A program made the position numbers and the translations under genes. A stretch of 64,000 nucleotides of DNA. Origin: Octopus vulgaris. Its lineage: Eukaryota. Position 1 is the stretch's first letter, and the number at the start of each line of letters is the position of its first letter. A model generated the notes under the pieces. That model had not been told where the DNA came from, did no database searches, and worked only from the letters and a program-made list of their open reading frames with translations. Shown piece after piece: positions 27,891-42,036 of the stretch. The DNA is taken from the NCBI GenBank assembly GCA_951406725.2, contig OX597829.1, positions 7,564,001 through 7,628,000 on the forward strand, given 5' to 3'.

Positions 27891-28063
27891 AAAATGGAAA
27901 GGTCCAAGGAAGGGAAGACGGAGAAAGAAAATTGCCGACGATACACAACCTATCAGAATCATTTAAAAGGATGTTGTACATACATAGACACACACATGTT
28001 TATATATATATATAAAAGCATATCCATATACATACACACATATATATACAAATGAATACTTAC

Positions 28064-28221
28064 ACGAGCTCCCCTGTGAATTCTGTCTTTCATAATAGAG
28101 ATAAATTCTTTATGGCTCAAATGACCATCTCCATCAGCATCAAATATCTGAAATACTGTGTTTACTACATGAGGGCCAAGAGTGAAGCCAGTACAAATTT
28201 TTACGGCTCGTTGAAATTCCT
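28064..28221 (-). CDS. MICU3: MICU3/MICU2-like, exon with C-terminal canonical EF-hand
   Basis: attttgcag| ... |gtaagt, phase 1->0; EFQRAVKICTGFTLGPHVVNTVFQIFDADGDGHLSHKEFISIMKDRIHRGAR; 12-residue loop DADGDGHLSHKE. Confidence 0.95.
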
Positions 28222-31200
28222 CTGCAAAATAAAAATTGAAAAAAATGTTGTAATGATATTTTATGCATACATCTATCTATATGTGTCATTATATACCTGG
28301 ACCTCACATTTCTTTCTTTCTCTCACTCTCTTTCCAGGTGGGCAAGCCAAATATTCATCTCATCAGCAAGACACCTGCTCATCTCTTATTATAGTTTTTT
28401 ATCCATTCACTCTTTAGCCCGCTTGGTTGAGGGGTCTTATCACATCAGTACTTGGCAACTTCACTGCTGCTGGTGCCACATAAAATGCACCTAGTACACT
28501 CTGTTAAGTGGTTGGTGTTAGGAAGAGAATCCAGCTGTAGAAACCATGCCAAATCTGACACAAAGCTCTTTCAATTCTATCTCCATTCATTCCCATCTAC
28601 ATTCACCTTGTAACCCAAACCATCTCTCTCTTTCTTTCCAGCTGGAGAAGCCAAATATCTCCTCTCCAGGAATACACCTCCACCATACGTTCATCTTCCT
28701 CTACATTATATGCCAACATAGTTGAGGAGTCTTGTGATTTATTTGGCAACATCACTAGTGCTGGTGCTACATAAAAAGTACCCAGTAGACACTTTGTAAA
28801 GTGGTTGGCATTAGGAAGGGCAGCATGCAGCCATAGAAACTGTACCAAAGCAGACACTGGAGCTTCATGTAGTCCTTTGGCTTGTTAGTCACTACTGAAT
28901 TGTCTAACCTATGCCAAACATGGAAAATATGTGTTAAATGGTGATGGTTATTATAGCTATATATATTCTGGCATATAAGATAAACATTTACTCTTAAAAT
29001 ATATGAGCACCATATTAATTTCAAGCAATTTTTATGAATTCTTTTGAGAATCTCTCCTTGTTCATACAAGATATTTATATAGAGGCTGGACAAATTAAAA
29101 TAGTGTTTCCCAATCATTTTTTCCCACAGATATCCCACTAAAACACTTGGGTGTAACTCCCATACATTTCCACCAAATTATAATTTTATATAATGAAGGT
29201 AATGGTTATAATTTGAATTTAAAACAAATGTAAGTAATCTTACTATTCTCCTTATCATGATATATTTTTAATAATGTGAATAAAAATGAGAAAGAGAGAA
29301 TAATTAACATAAATTCATTAAAGAAAGAACAGTTAGCATAATACACATTAATTGGTAATATGATTAAAGTAACAATAATTCATAGAGTACACATTTACTT
29401 GTGTGATTCCTGTGGTTCGTGACCAGCAACAAGTTTTGCAATATAAAGGTTTAAAATTTGATAAAAGAAATTGTAAATCTCCAAGCTGTACAACTTCCAT
29501 TTTGGTTTCTTTTCTTGGTCAGAATTAGATTTATTGTGCCTGTTCTACCAGATAGGAGGATAGAGGCACAATGCCAAATAGCTTGGCTTCATTCCACAAA
29601 ATAGGATATATCAGACTGCATTGTAACCACATTCCTCAAAAACTTTGATTTACCAAAAAAAAAAAAAATCCATTTTCATTATTTTGTAGAATTTTGTAGA
29701 TAAATGATACTCTCTTGTAAATCAGTTTGTACTGTTTTGCTCACAGTTGCATATTTTACTGTTAAGAATCCTCAGTTAAATCAAGCCATTAAATCTTTCC
29801 TCAAAATCTTCCTTCAATTGTTGTAAACATGTACAATAAGTCTTTATATTATCATCAGTAAGTATTTATGAACTAATTTTCACTGATGGGATTTGAGGAC
29901 TTCTTTCTCTCAAGGTTTCACTTGTTCAATTCAGTTTTCCTTATAAAGCTGTTTGATGCATTCTTTGTATGTGTTGTACTATAATTGATTCTTTGCATTT
30001 TCAAATCCATGTTATTCATCATGTCACAAATATTAGGAAGTGAGAATAACATCAATTTCTTTAGCTGCTTGGTCATTGTGATTTATAGGTAAAAATTCAA
30101 CAATGGTATCATAGAGATGGACAAATTGTTTCAAACAGAATGTCTTTGAATCCAAGCAGAAGCCAAAGAATGCCTTAAGTTTGAGCTTTGATTTTCTTAA
30201 TAGTGAGACCAGGTTTTAAGACTGCGGATCATTAAGCTTTTTAACATAGTATTGCCAGTGAATTAGTAAATTTCAAATAGATTAAGCATTTTATTTTTCA
30301 TATAAGATAAGAGACCATTTGAACTGTTGTAGATGGTGCACTACCAGTTGCACAAAATACCATGTTACTGAAGGGAATATATTTATCTTCAAGGTAACTT
30401 TCTGAAAGATTCACAAAACACACAGAAGCTGTCAATAAAGCTTCATTGCCTAATACAGTTGCCCTTGTTTGCCCCCTCTATGTTTAGCCCCTTGTGGGCA
30501 ATAAAGAAATATATAATGCAGGCTAAATTATGATTTCCTCAATTCCATGCACAACCGGTTTCCAATATCTTCACCCATTTCATCAATTCGGCAAGTGACA
30601 TTACTATAACTGAAAAAGAACCGATTTCAAAATGTCTGTATCAAATTAAAGAATTGTGAGAATTCCTGAAGTTGTGGATATTACTATTATCTTTCCAACT
30701 GTATGTGGTTTTCCATTGTTAACTAATAGTTATGATATCTTGTGGGAAACAATTAGATAAATTTTCACATTTCCATTAGATTTTTTAAAATATCAATACT
30801 TCAAAAAAAAAAATTGTCAGCAGACCAAATAACTGGCTGTAACTTGTTTTATGATATTTTTTAACACTTTCTTCAGATCTATGTTTCTAATGTGTAAGAT
30901 TATATTCTGTGAAAAGCAATTAAGCAATTTTCAAAATTTCATATTTTTTGTTTGTTTTTTTTTTTTAAATTATTCACCTCCTCTTTGTTTTTCAACTTTT
31001 ACTTGGATTCTTTTTTTTATTTGTTATGTATGAAAAAATTTTTTTTCAGAACTTCAAAATTATTTTTGAAATAAAAATATTATGAGCAATTCCATACAAA
31101 TACATGGTAGAAGACAGATTACAACATCTATTTTTGATTTGTGTGTTTGTATGTAAATGTGATGACATCACATTTTATTTTTCATACAAATTACTGAAAG

Positions 31201-33189
31201 AGAAAGTAAAGAATATCTTAGTAAAAGCTCGTAATTTGTACACATACACACACACTATGAATGAAGATTTTATAATCGATGTTGTCTTGAGAAATGGGCA
31301 CAATGGGCAGTTTTCTGAGGGCAGGGGTGAAGATAGGGTAAATGGCACCCAGGGAAAGCATCAAAATTGACTCCCACCCAACCAAAAAGTGGAAGCTCAC
31401 ATAGAAATGGCTTCATTAGAAAATGTTGTTGGCCAAAATTGCTCCCCCCGCAAGATACACCCCTGCCTGAGGGATAGGGGTGTAATCCATGTATGCACAA
31501 AGCCTTGCTTTGTCAGGGAAGGTCCTACAAAGCTGTCAAGCAAAACCTGTTCAAAATTCTTACACACATGTATGCACACATACACAAAAAATTTTGTCCT
31601 TTGTTTCACAGTGCATGAATATGCAAAATTATGTGTAACATTTGCACTACTGATTTTGAAAATCATTTTGAAATTCTTAAAAAAAAATTTTGGTCAGATC
31701 ATACTGTCCAATTTTTCAAGTATGCAAATCCAAAAAAATGTTGCCCTTCCTCCCATATTTCATTTCCTTTTTCATAGAATCATAATCTTAAACTGTGAAA
31801 ATGTATAAATCTGAAGAAATTGTAAAAAAAAAAAAAAATTATAACTGGTTATACGGTGTGCTTTACTCGGCATAACTAGAGTTTGAAGTGTTCTGATCCA
31901 ATTTTGTTTCTTCATAATTTTCTGAAAAATGCATTATGTTTATCACTTGAAAGTTTTAAGATCATAATATTTTCTTTGAAAGTCTGATAGTAGTGCCAAC
32001 ATCTTTGAAAGATGTATAAACTTGAACTGAAATACTCCACTCACTCAAATATTAGTGATGGAAGCAGTACTAATACTGACAGATAATATTTATCCCTACT
32101 TAAATGTGAATGCTTTCTTAGAACAAACTATACTGCGGTAGATATCATGAAAGAAACTCTCACATTGGCCTTTGGTGCATATAAGCATGCTTGTTTATAT
32201 CACTAGTGGGGAGATAAATCCCTGCCATTTCTGGCACTGTTTTACTATATATTGGTAGCAAGGCAATGAGTTACAACTATCTTGAGCAGTGGAGCATCCA
32301 TCATTGATAAGACTAAGGAAGGTTGAAATCACATGATCTGGTAATCGCAGTGCTGGAGATGATGGGGGTTTCTCTCCCTGAAAGCAATATAAACAAGCGT
32401 GCAATTTGCATCAAACGTCAATATGAGTATTTCTCTCATAATATCTAAAGCAGTAAAGTTTGTTCAAACAGAACATTCACATGTAAGTGGACATAAGTAT
32501 ATATTACCTCTAATTACTCTGGGGTCTTTTTTTTTTTAAACCTACTTGCACGTGGGTAAAAGAGTTTGTGTGTCTTTGACAGAGTGAATAGCTGGAAACA
32601 CAGAAGTCTGGATAAAGAGTTGCTATCAACAGAAATCCAGGTTTTACAGTGCTTGGTTCCACAATTGGATTTTTCTGAAATTTCTTTAGTTTAAGTCACA
32701 TGATGGCTTGCTGACCAGTCACTGAAAGGTCCATCCATTCTTCTAAGGATCAAGTATTGTTTAGTTTGAATTACAATGGTTGAGATGACTGAGATTTGAG
32801 GGACAAATATAGGCTAAAAGAAATTTGGTGGTTAGGTTCCTTGAATGACTAATTCACTGATAAAGTTCAAAATAGTGTTAGAAACTGCTCATACAAACAC
32901 AATAACAGATAACTGTTTATTCTGAAATGTATCTAACTGAAATAAAAGCCATCAAGAAAATATTCTTGCAAGAGAAGACAGATTTTCCTACACTGGTGTG
33001 TAAAAAAACAAATTAACTCAGCCAAGAAAAGAAAGATGTTAGTCCTATCTCAAAGACTGTTGAATTTTAGTGAATGAAATGCACTCTCATATTAATAATT
33101 CACTGAGTTATTATCTGTACACACTATGTATGTTACTTCTTTTCTTAAAATTCTTAAACTACCCACTCCTTGCTTTGAAAGCATCAGTA

Positions 33190-33738
33190 GAAAAACTGAT
33201 ACCAGGGTATTTTTCTACCAGATCATCATGCAATCACCTTGCTTATTCACAAATGATACCATCAGAGTTTCTCATTTATCCAAATCAGCAACGATTTCTC
33301 CACTTGTTCAATTGTCTGTAAAATCTGTTTAGTAAGAACTGTCACTCTTCTTGCATCATCATACCTTTTGAGAATAGTATAGATCATTGATTTTACCATA
33401 CTAAACTGGGTTGCAAGATCAGAGACACAACCACCATCTTTATGTTTGGCAATAATTTCTTTCTTCACCTCTATCATAATCTTTTATTCTTTTCACTTTG
33501 GTATTATTATTGTTCTTTGGTCCCTTGGTGCCTTGTCTAATAATTTATAAAATAAACACAAAGCACAATAAAATTCAAGAGAAGACATGGAAAATTCAAG
33601 CTCCCTCACTGGTACAGCCAGCTCATTGCCAACCATTGATGTTGGCTTGCTTGCTCATTACTCAGAACACTGTTCTTCCCAAAACATGATTGTAAACCAA
33701 TTTGTTTGTGATGAGGCATTCATAAACTGAATTCACTG
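33190..33738 (-). mobile_element. Tigger/pogo-like transposon 5' remnant (CENP-B-type HTH)
   Basis: MIEVKKEIIAKHKDGGCVSDLATQFSMVKSMIYTILK...EQVEKSLLIWINEK. Confidence 0.8.
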
Positions 33739-35261
33739 AATTTGAACTGTAGAGTGGACATTTACAGCTGAAATAACTAAGAATATTTAAATCTGGGAAA
33801 AAAAACTATGTGTTGTTACTTGATATTCTAAAAACAGCAACCAAATCTCCTTCAAAATGACACCCAGCTTTCTTGGCAACATAGGAACACAATGGATAGC
33901 ATAAGAGTCATAGACTTAGTTTATCTGGAATGGTTTCAGCTGGAAATTCGTTTTTATTCGGAGATCTGATTGATTAGGGTTTGCTTGGGGTTAATCTTCA
34001 ATGTCAGCTGTAATAATCTTTACACTTTCATCTTTCTTTGCTTTGCCTTCAAATACTACCTGTGCTCAACAATGTATTTCTTCTTTCTAGGATAAACAAA
34101 ATATCTAACAGTAAATACAAGGAACCAGTTCAATGTTCAATTACTGATAAAAAAAAAAATCTACTTTGCTACCAGACAAGAACCTAGTATAGAGCTAATA
34201 TATTTATTCTCTGTTCTCAATATTTTGGACACCTCAGAGAATGTTAATTCCATTAGGAATATTTTCTATCATGAATGAAGAAATTAGATTAGTCCATCAT
34301 GAAGAAGCACCAAGATTACTGTTATTTCCATTTAATTTTTTTCTGTTGCAGCTGCTGATCTTAGAATCTATAGAGATGTATAGTGTGTTTGTCTTGGCAG
34401 GAGGAGATCAACATCCGACTGTGAGCAACATGTCCAAATTTCCCCTTAGTAGTATGTTTTCATGCTGGATCCAAATATTTTTGGCTTAAATTTAATTCTT
34501 GTAGTGCCTAACAAAAAGTTTGGCCAATCAAAATATTGATTCCACAAATAAAAAAAAATTAAATACTGGAGCGCATTGTGTTAGTTTTCTAAAATTGATT
34601 ATTTCATATACATACATATATATATACACACATATGTGTGTGTGTGTACAAACAAGCAAATAGACATACATATACACATGCACACACACACACACACACA
34701 CACACAACATCAAGAGCTATTCTTTTCAAACTGCTTTGTCACTTACCAGCATATTTGGAGTCTCTTATGAGACAGCTTCATGATTCTTGAGCTACAATTC
34801 AACATTAATAGTCAACAAAATTGTTTATATTATAGCATTTGTACCTATTTAAAAAATTTTTTATACTTCTTTCTTTCACTTTTACCTCCTCCTCCTCCCT
34901 CTTTTCATCTGAAATGAGGGGTAAAAGAAAAAAACAAAAACAAAAAAAAAAGTTCTCAAATTGCAGAAAAGAATTTATATGAATTGATTTACTAGTTAGT
35001 ACCATGAATATCTTATTTCAGGAAGATCTTTTGAATACATTTTTTATTAGGTCACATTCTTTAGTTATATTACCAAAAAGAGTGGGGGATGGGGCACGGG
35101 TAAATAAATAAAAACTGACCTGGGATTTGGATATAAGGCAAAACTATTAATCAATTCTTTTAAATTGCTTTTCTTTTCTTTTCCTATTTTTTTTATATGA
35201 ATCTATTTCTTTACCTGTCTAGTATGTATCATTTGTAATATATATCTGAATTGTTGCGTAC

Positions 35262-35293
<32 letters not shown>

Positions 35294-35689
35294 ATGTGGT
35301 TGTGTGGTCTCTAATTTCTATTATTCATTTTTCCCTCATGAACAATAAATCATTTGGTCATTAAGTGAGTAAAAAATTCCTTAACTCTCATAGACTAAAA
35401 GAAAATATAACAAACAACCGCTTCATTTTAAGAATACAGAACTTCTGGTGGTATTTTTTTATGCTTAATTTGAGGGATAGGTCACTAGACTTATTTAATC
35501 GGACCTGCTCAGCTACAACTTATCTCATTTTATTAGATACACAAGGAATGATGTAGGTTAAATGTTAGTTTCCAAAATGTGGTCTTGGATTTGATCCCAT
35601 AGCTTGGAACTTTGGATGAGAGTACATGCATACATACACATATATATTTACACCTCACCTTATAAGTATGTGTGTGTTTGCATGTGAAT

Positions 35690-36015
35690 GTCTCAGTGGT
35701 TAAAGCATTGAGCTTACAATCATGAGGTTGTAAGTTTGATTCCTGGACCAGGCTGCGTGTTGTGTTCTTGAGCAAGACACTTTATTTCACATTGCTCCAG
35801 TTCACTCATCTGTAGAAAAGAGTTGTGGCAACGTCACTGGTGCCAAGCTGTATTGGTCTTTGCCCTCGCTTGGATAACACTGGTGGCGTGGAGAGGGGAG
35901 GTCGTTATGAATGGGCGACTGCTGGTCTTCCATGAACAACCTTGCCTGGACTTGTGCCTGGGAGGGTAACTTTCTAGGTGCAATCCCATGGTCATTCATG
36001 ACCGAAGGGGGTCTC
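35690..36015 (+). mobile_element. tRNA-derived SINE
   Basis: A-box-like tcagtggttaaagc, B-box-like gtttgattcc, then the conserved-domain-like tgtgttcttgagcaagacacttta. Confidence 0.75.
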
Positions 36016-36040
36016 TTCTCGCCTCCTCATATGCATTGAG

Positions 36041-36073
<33 letters not shown>

Positions 36074-36199
36074 CCATATGATGATGATGGTGATATATAT
36101 AGTATGTTTTGGCTAAATTTGATAATTTGCATAAAATTTGATAATTTCCCACCCTAAAATAAAAGTATTTAAAAATATCAAATGAATCAGATTATAGCA

Positions 36200-37080
36200 G
36201 GGAGATAAGAGCTTACTCTTAAGTAGCTGCCTTCAGCTTCCACTGTGGCTCAAGACAGCTCTGGTTCCTGGTGCATGTGTTGCTCACTGTGTCAGTGGAA
36301 AGATCTTCAAACACCTCCTTGATTTTGGTCACCAGCTAGCTCAGCCTTTGTACTGCAGGCAGAGTGGGTGGTGTCTTCCTTAACAACTATGCCCCCCCCC
36401 CCAAATAGTAATTGATGGGATTATGACTGAGAAAATTAGGAGGCCAGAAATTGGTGAAGTTGTAGAAATTCTCCAACAACTACAGTCTTCTCTTTCTGGA
36501 AGTATGGCAAGGAGCCTATTCCTGCTGCAACACCTTCCAGCAAAAACTCTCTCTAGCCAGAGTTTGACCACAATCTTTAACAGCTTCACATTGACCCTGT
36601 TGAAGGCTGTGGGGCAGCATGACACCATTCTCACTAGAGCCACACCCAAAGGCAATCACAGTTTGGGGGAACTTGGTTTTATTGATATGTTGGCTGTCAA
36701 ATAGATTGCAGGCAAGCCACCAGATGTTCTAGGTGTTGTGCAACTGGTCCTCCTGGCAGAAGTTCTTTTCATCTAAGAAGAACCAGATCATCCCCTAGTT
36801 CAACAGGATGCCTGACTTTGCTCAGGAGTTTCTTTGTCTTTGACAAGTGGTTCTTCTTAAGTGTGGCTGTTAGAATTTTTCCCTGATGTCTCTTGTAAGA
36901 GTTCTTGTTCAGGACCAGCTTCATAGTGGTAACTCCAACACCAATCCCTAATTCCTTTGCTTGGATTTTCCATCACCTTTGAGGAGAGCTGAAAAGAAGA
37001 AGAGTGTTTGCAGGCCTGCAAGACTAACGTCTGGTTTAGTAAGTAGAATGGTTAAGAACCAAGCTTCTTAAATGCCCACA
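36200..37080 (-). mobile_element. Decayed Tc1/mariner-superfamily (maT/DD37D-like) transposase
   Basis: Minus frame reads TKFPQTVIAFGCGSSENGVMLPH...LQQE*APCHTSRK...ENFYNFTNFWPPNF..NPINYY (QQDxAPxH and WPPxSPDxNP motifs). Confidence 0.75.
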
Positions 37081-37090
37081 CATGCTTGAG

Positions 37091-37131
<41 letters not shown>

Positions 37132-37800
37132 AACACTCTTCTTCTTTTCAGCTCTCCTCAAATCCTCCCTCAACAATCCCATTGCCTCCCTCCATCATCT
37201 TTAGCCACATGTTTCTTCTCACTAAAAGCGTTAGCATGAGAAAAGAAATTGGACAATAAAATATTGTCCAAAAGAACAATGAGTAACTTGATGTCTAAAG
37301 ATCTGCCAAGAGAAACGAGTGAAAATACTCCCAAAATGTACACACGAAACACTGAAAGTTACTGATTTCTCCAGTGCAAGATTCATCTCTTATTTATCTA
37401 AATGGTACTTCAGATGAAATCAGTAATGATAAAAAGAAGAGTATGCCAGGTTGCTGGGGATGGTATGTAACTAACTAGTTCAAAGAGAAACCCAAAATAT
37501 AAGTAGCTGAAAATAAAACACTTATCATGAACAACATCTACATCTTATGTCTAATTTTCGATATTGAATTGGGTTGGAGGGTTTTTCTAAAGCAGGTGTT
37601 TTCACAGCTGAATGCTTTTCCTATCACTAACTCTTTTAGCTGTATTTTAAGATGCGCAGGGGCATGCTGTAACAGTTTTGATGTCAAGATAGCCATGATA
37701 AGCTGTAAACTATGAAAATATTTAGTCGAGTGCTTTGTATCTATGTTCCATCCTTTGGCTATAGAATGACAATTTGGAAAATGCAATGTCTGCAGCTTAC

Positions 37801-37909
37801 CTTGAGATACCGACTGTTCAGCAAAGGTATACATTCTCATTGAAATTTGAAAGTCATCAAGATTATTCAGAAACTGGCAAAAGCTTTTGAATTCTTCAAA
37901 AGTTATTCC
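37801..37909 (-). CDS. MICU3: MICU3/MICU2-like exon
   Basis: attacag| ... CAAG|gtaagc, phase 0->1; GITFEEFKSFCQFLNNLDDFQISMRMYTFAEQSVSQ. Confidence 0.95.
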
Positions 37910-38063
37910 CTGTAATAATTATTAAAAAAATAAGTTTATTTTGAAAAATAGATCTGAGAAAATATTGTCTAAATTGAATGTAGGGATATACAGCAGAAAT
38001 AATACTAACAATATAAAGTAGTTACCATGAAAGGCAGTGATCGATATGTATGCATATGTACAA

Positions 38064-38106
<43 letters not shown>

Positions 38107-38198
38107 CAACAGGCACACATGCATACACACACGTATATACTAGAATCATAAGAAATTATTTGTCTTAAAATAGTTATAATGGAAAACAAAATACCAAC

Positions 38199-38376
38199 CT
38201 TTTCTTCTGGCATCCTCTCTCTGACACGTCGAATACACTCTTCAACTTCATTCTTCTCCAAGACTGTGTAACGTAAGAGAATACGTGCAAAGTCTTCCTC
38301 AGATATTCTTTGCATACCTTTGGAGAAATCGGTAAATTCCAACTGAATAACTTCTGTCTGCAAATTTTCCATGAAT
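38199..38376 (-). CDS. MICU3: MICU3/MICU2-like exon
   Basis: ttttcttttttaag| ... AAG|gttggt, phase 2->0; FMENLQTEVIQLEFTDFSKGMQRISEEDFARILLRYTVLEKNEVEECIRRVRERMPEEK. Confidence 0.95.
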
Positions 38377-41300
38377 CTTAAAAAAGAAAAAAAATCATAA
38401 TCACAATGATTTATAACATTGGTGTAAGGTCACAGTTTTTAAGGCTGAGTATAGCCAATGATATAGACTCTGAGTACTTGGTCGGTACTTTATTTGACAC
38501 CAGAAGGGTACAAAGTACACCTTAGAAGGACTTGTTCTCAGGCATAAACAACCAGAACTCATGCAACAATTCTGTTGTGATTCTACCAAATCAACACCAT
38601 CAACTATAGTATTAGTGGTGGTGGAGGAGGACTTCTTATTGAAACACAAAGCTAGCAATTTAGTAATTCTCGGCTGGGTGGGTGAAGGATCTTCTGTTAT
38701 TATCAACCCCAGTACTTAAGAGGTACTTTATTTTATCAACCTTGAAAGATGGTTCAAAATCCAGAACATAAAAGATCCAGAAAAATTCCTGCAGTCTTTT
38801 ATCTAATGCTTTATTAATTCAGGTAACTAACACTTTAATAATGATAATAATGGTTTCAAAGTATGGCACAAGGCCAGCACTCTGAGGGGTGGGGGAAGTC
38901 AATACTTAATTTATTGATCCCAAAAGGATGAAAAGCAAAGTTGACCGTGGCAGAATTTGAACTGAGAACATAAAACAGATGAAATACTACTAAACATCTT
39001 GCCCAGTGCACTAATGATTCTGCCAGTTCACTGCCATAATAATGATGATGATATGGTGATGGTGGTGGTGGTGATGATGATGATGATGATGATGAATTTT
39101 GACTCAAAAGGTCAATAATTCTTTGGGGCTCTACTTGATACTACCAATCCCCTGTACTTGACTGGTGCTGGATTTTATAAAATCTGAAGGGCTAAAAAAT
39201 AAAATTGACTTCCTCAGGAACTGAATTTAGAAATATAAGAAACTGAAACAAATGTTGCAAAGTATTTTTCCTGATGCTCTACTGATTCTACCAGCTTGTC
39301 ACCCTATATAAGAGCAGTAACAGTTTCTGATTTAAGAGTAAAGCCAATAATTCTGACCCATGTACATGACTGGTACTTTATTTTATTGATTCTGGAAGGA
39401 TTAAAGATGATGTTGACCCAGGTGGGAATTGAGCTCTGAGCATAAAGAGTTAAAAGAAAGACTGGAAAGCAATTTTTCTAAAGTTCTAACAATTTTACCA
39501 GCTGATGGAGAATTAACCAGATATATTTATCAAAGACAGATTCAAACATCTTTGTACTGTACTTTGATGAATATTTCAATCACATCTGACCAATAAATAA
39601 GTCAGAAGCTAAGAGACTTTCAGAGTATAAGGATTTTGAAATGGAAATAAGTAGGATATGAGGAATCAAAGTTAAAATACTGTGTAACTGGATATGATAA
39701 AGAAGGGCATGAACAAAAATATATAGATGATAACTCACAACTCTACTTATAATCCTACAATATAAAAGAGAAGCAGATCGGCAGTCTGCTCATAACAACA
39801 TCTATTAGAGTGAGGAAAAGAAGGGGAGCAATTAAAATATTTGTCATTGTATTTTTAGAAAAAGAGAAAAAAATTTGAGAAAGAGTGTGAGTGTGTGTGT
39901 AAAAGATAGATAGGTGTAGTGTCACCCCAGTAACTAACACGTTTTGATTAAAAACATGGAAATTTTAAGTGCAAGTCTGTCAACACAAAACAACAGAGCA
40001 TCAAAAAAAAAAAAAAAAAGACTTTCATTATATAAATACAGTTATTTCTTGGTTGAGTATGTGTGTGTGTGTATTTCCGTATGTGTGTGTGTGTATTTCC
40101 GTGTGTGTGTGTGTGTATGAGAGAGAGAGAGACAGACAGACAGAGTGCATGTGTGAAAGATAGATAGAAAGGTAGACTGTTGTCACTACAGTAACTAACA
40201 AGACTTTCACTATATCAAAGTCAACTATTATTAGAAATTAGATGTATGATTAACAAATATTTTTACCTGCAGTATAGCAATGAGTAAAGGCCTAGTACAA
40301 AACAATAACTCTCCTATGGCCACATCCTATGCAAGATACTTTTAATTTAATATCACTACCCATCCAACAGATAAATATATTCTCATCACAATTTATAATC
40401 AGTAAAATAACAATGCATACATTTACATAATCAATATCCAACATAACTCCACCACATGGTAGCCAAAACTCCCTCAAATCACACCTTAATGATTGAAATA
40501 AAGGATACAATCAATGGACAATGCAGGCCCTCATATACAAAAAGATGCTATTGCCATACCTCTGTGTAATCAGAGATGTCCAGAAGATAAACAACATCCC
40601 AAAGAATGTGCCAGAAACAAACACAACCCTTAGTTTACACACTTAACAAAATACCACAACTCATAGCATAAAACTATAATGATACTTACACAACACATAC
40701 AAAATACAATTACCACCCAAAGATATAACACCACTGGCATGGTTTATACTACATACAGCAAACAAATGAAACACTTAAATAACAACAGAAACCTCTATAA
40801 CAAAGCAAAACAGATATAGAGTATACAAACAGAAATGTAAATTCTCAAAAGACAATGCCTCAGGAACACAGATTTGTACTTGGTGGTGCAACAGAAACTA
40901 GTACGAACTAGTTGAAACAATGATCTAGACCAAAATTATTTATAGTTGTTTTGACTTCAAATGAATTTATAGCAAAGATTTGAACTTAACACAGTGAAGT
41001 TTGAAATTTGCCATGGAAAAAAAAGTTATACTGGTATTCTACAGTCTTTGTAGTTTCTGTTACAATTGTATGTATGGTGTATCAATGTTTATGTTTACAC
41101 AGTACTTGTACACATTTAGAGACTTGTACACACACATATCTACAGCAGTGACTTAACAAAAATGTATATGAAGCATTAGAGAAAAAAATGTCAACTTTCC
41201 AAAAGATTCAGAAAATAGAAGGCTTTGAATTCTTTGACGGAATTTAGTTATTTTTAGAGGGAAAGAAAAAAGAAGAAGAAAAATGGAACATCTTCATTTA

Positions 41301-42036
41301 AGTTGAATAGTAGTTATTAACATATTATAGCTCATTGAAGAATGAAGTAAAACTTACAGAACCTTAGAACTGTAATCAAGCAGGTGCTTTCGACAATAGA
41401 ATTATGTAGCCTACCAAGATAAAAACCTATTCTTATCAGAGACAAAAATATTTGCTAAATTTAAGCTCTGTCAATGATTACATAGTAGAGCAATAATGCT
41501 TTTGATCAGTATAGGACACCTGAGAACAAGGGCTTGAAGAAATAAGAAGATAGAAAACAGAGTATTTGTTATATTGTTTTTCTGTTTTGTAAGAAAAAAA
41601 AAACCTCTTTCAGTATAAGTTCAGATATGGCTGTGCAGTTAAGTAGATCTCTTTGTAATATGTATCTCCAGGTTCAATCCCACTGTGTATCAACTTGGGG
41701 AAATATGTTCTATCATTATATTGGGATAACAAATGCTATGCAAGTGGTTCTTAGCAGGCCAAAACAGCCCATCAACCCATTTAATTTTGTGTGTTTGAAC
41801 TTAGACTGGTTTAAAACCCAATCTAGTGCTTGTGTTTGAGCATGCTAATTGCTGAATAATCAGAGACAGAGTAGCAGACAGAAATATGCCCAAAGATTGA
41901 GATAATTGACTAATATTCGTAAAATGATGTTATAAGATCATGGTTCAACAGCAGCTGAAAGAAAAGAAGATACACACACACATACATATGTATGTGTGTT
42001 TTTAATTACATATATATATATATATATATATATATA

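Noticed and set aside
28325-28370. CTGATGA...GAAA on the minus strand
   Set aside because: No stem II, stem III or stem I pairing; likely chance.
35690-35765. tRNA-like sequence
   Set aside because: SINE head; no complete cloverleaf.
40855-40915. CTCAGGA...GAAA-ctag-TA hammerhead-like string after a possible PLE remnant
   Set aside because: Core mutated and no stem I; too degenerate to call.
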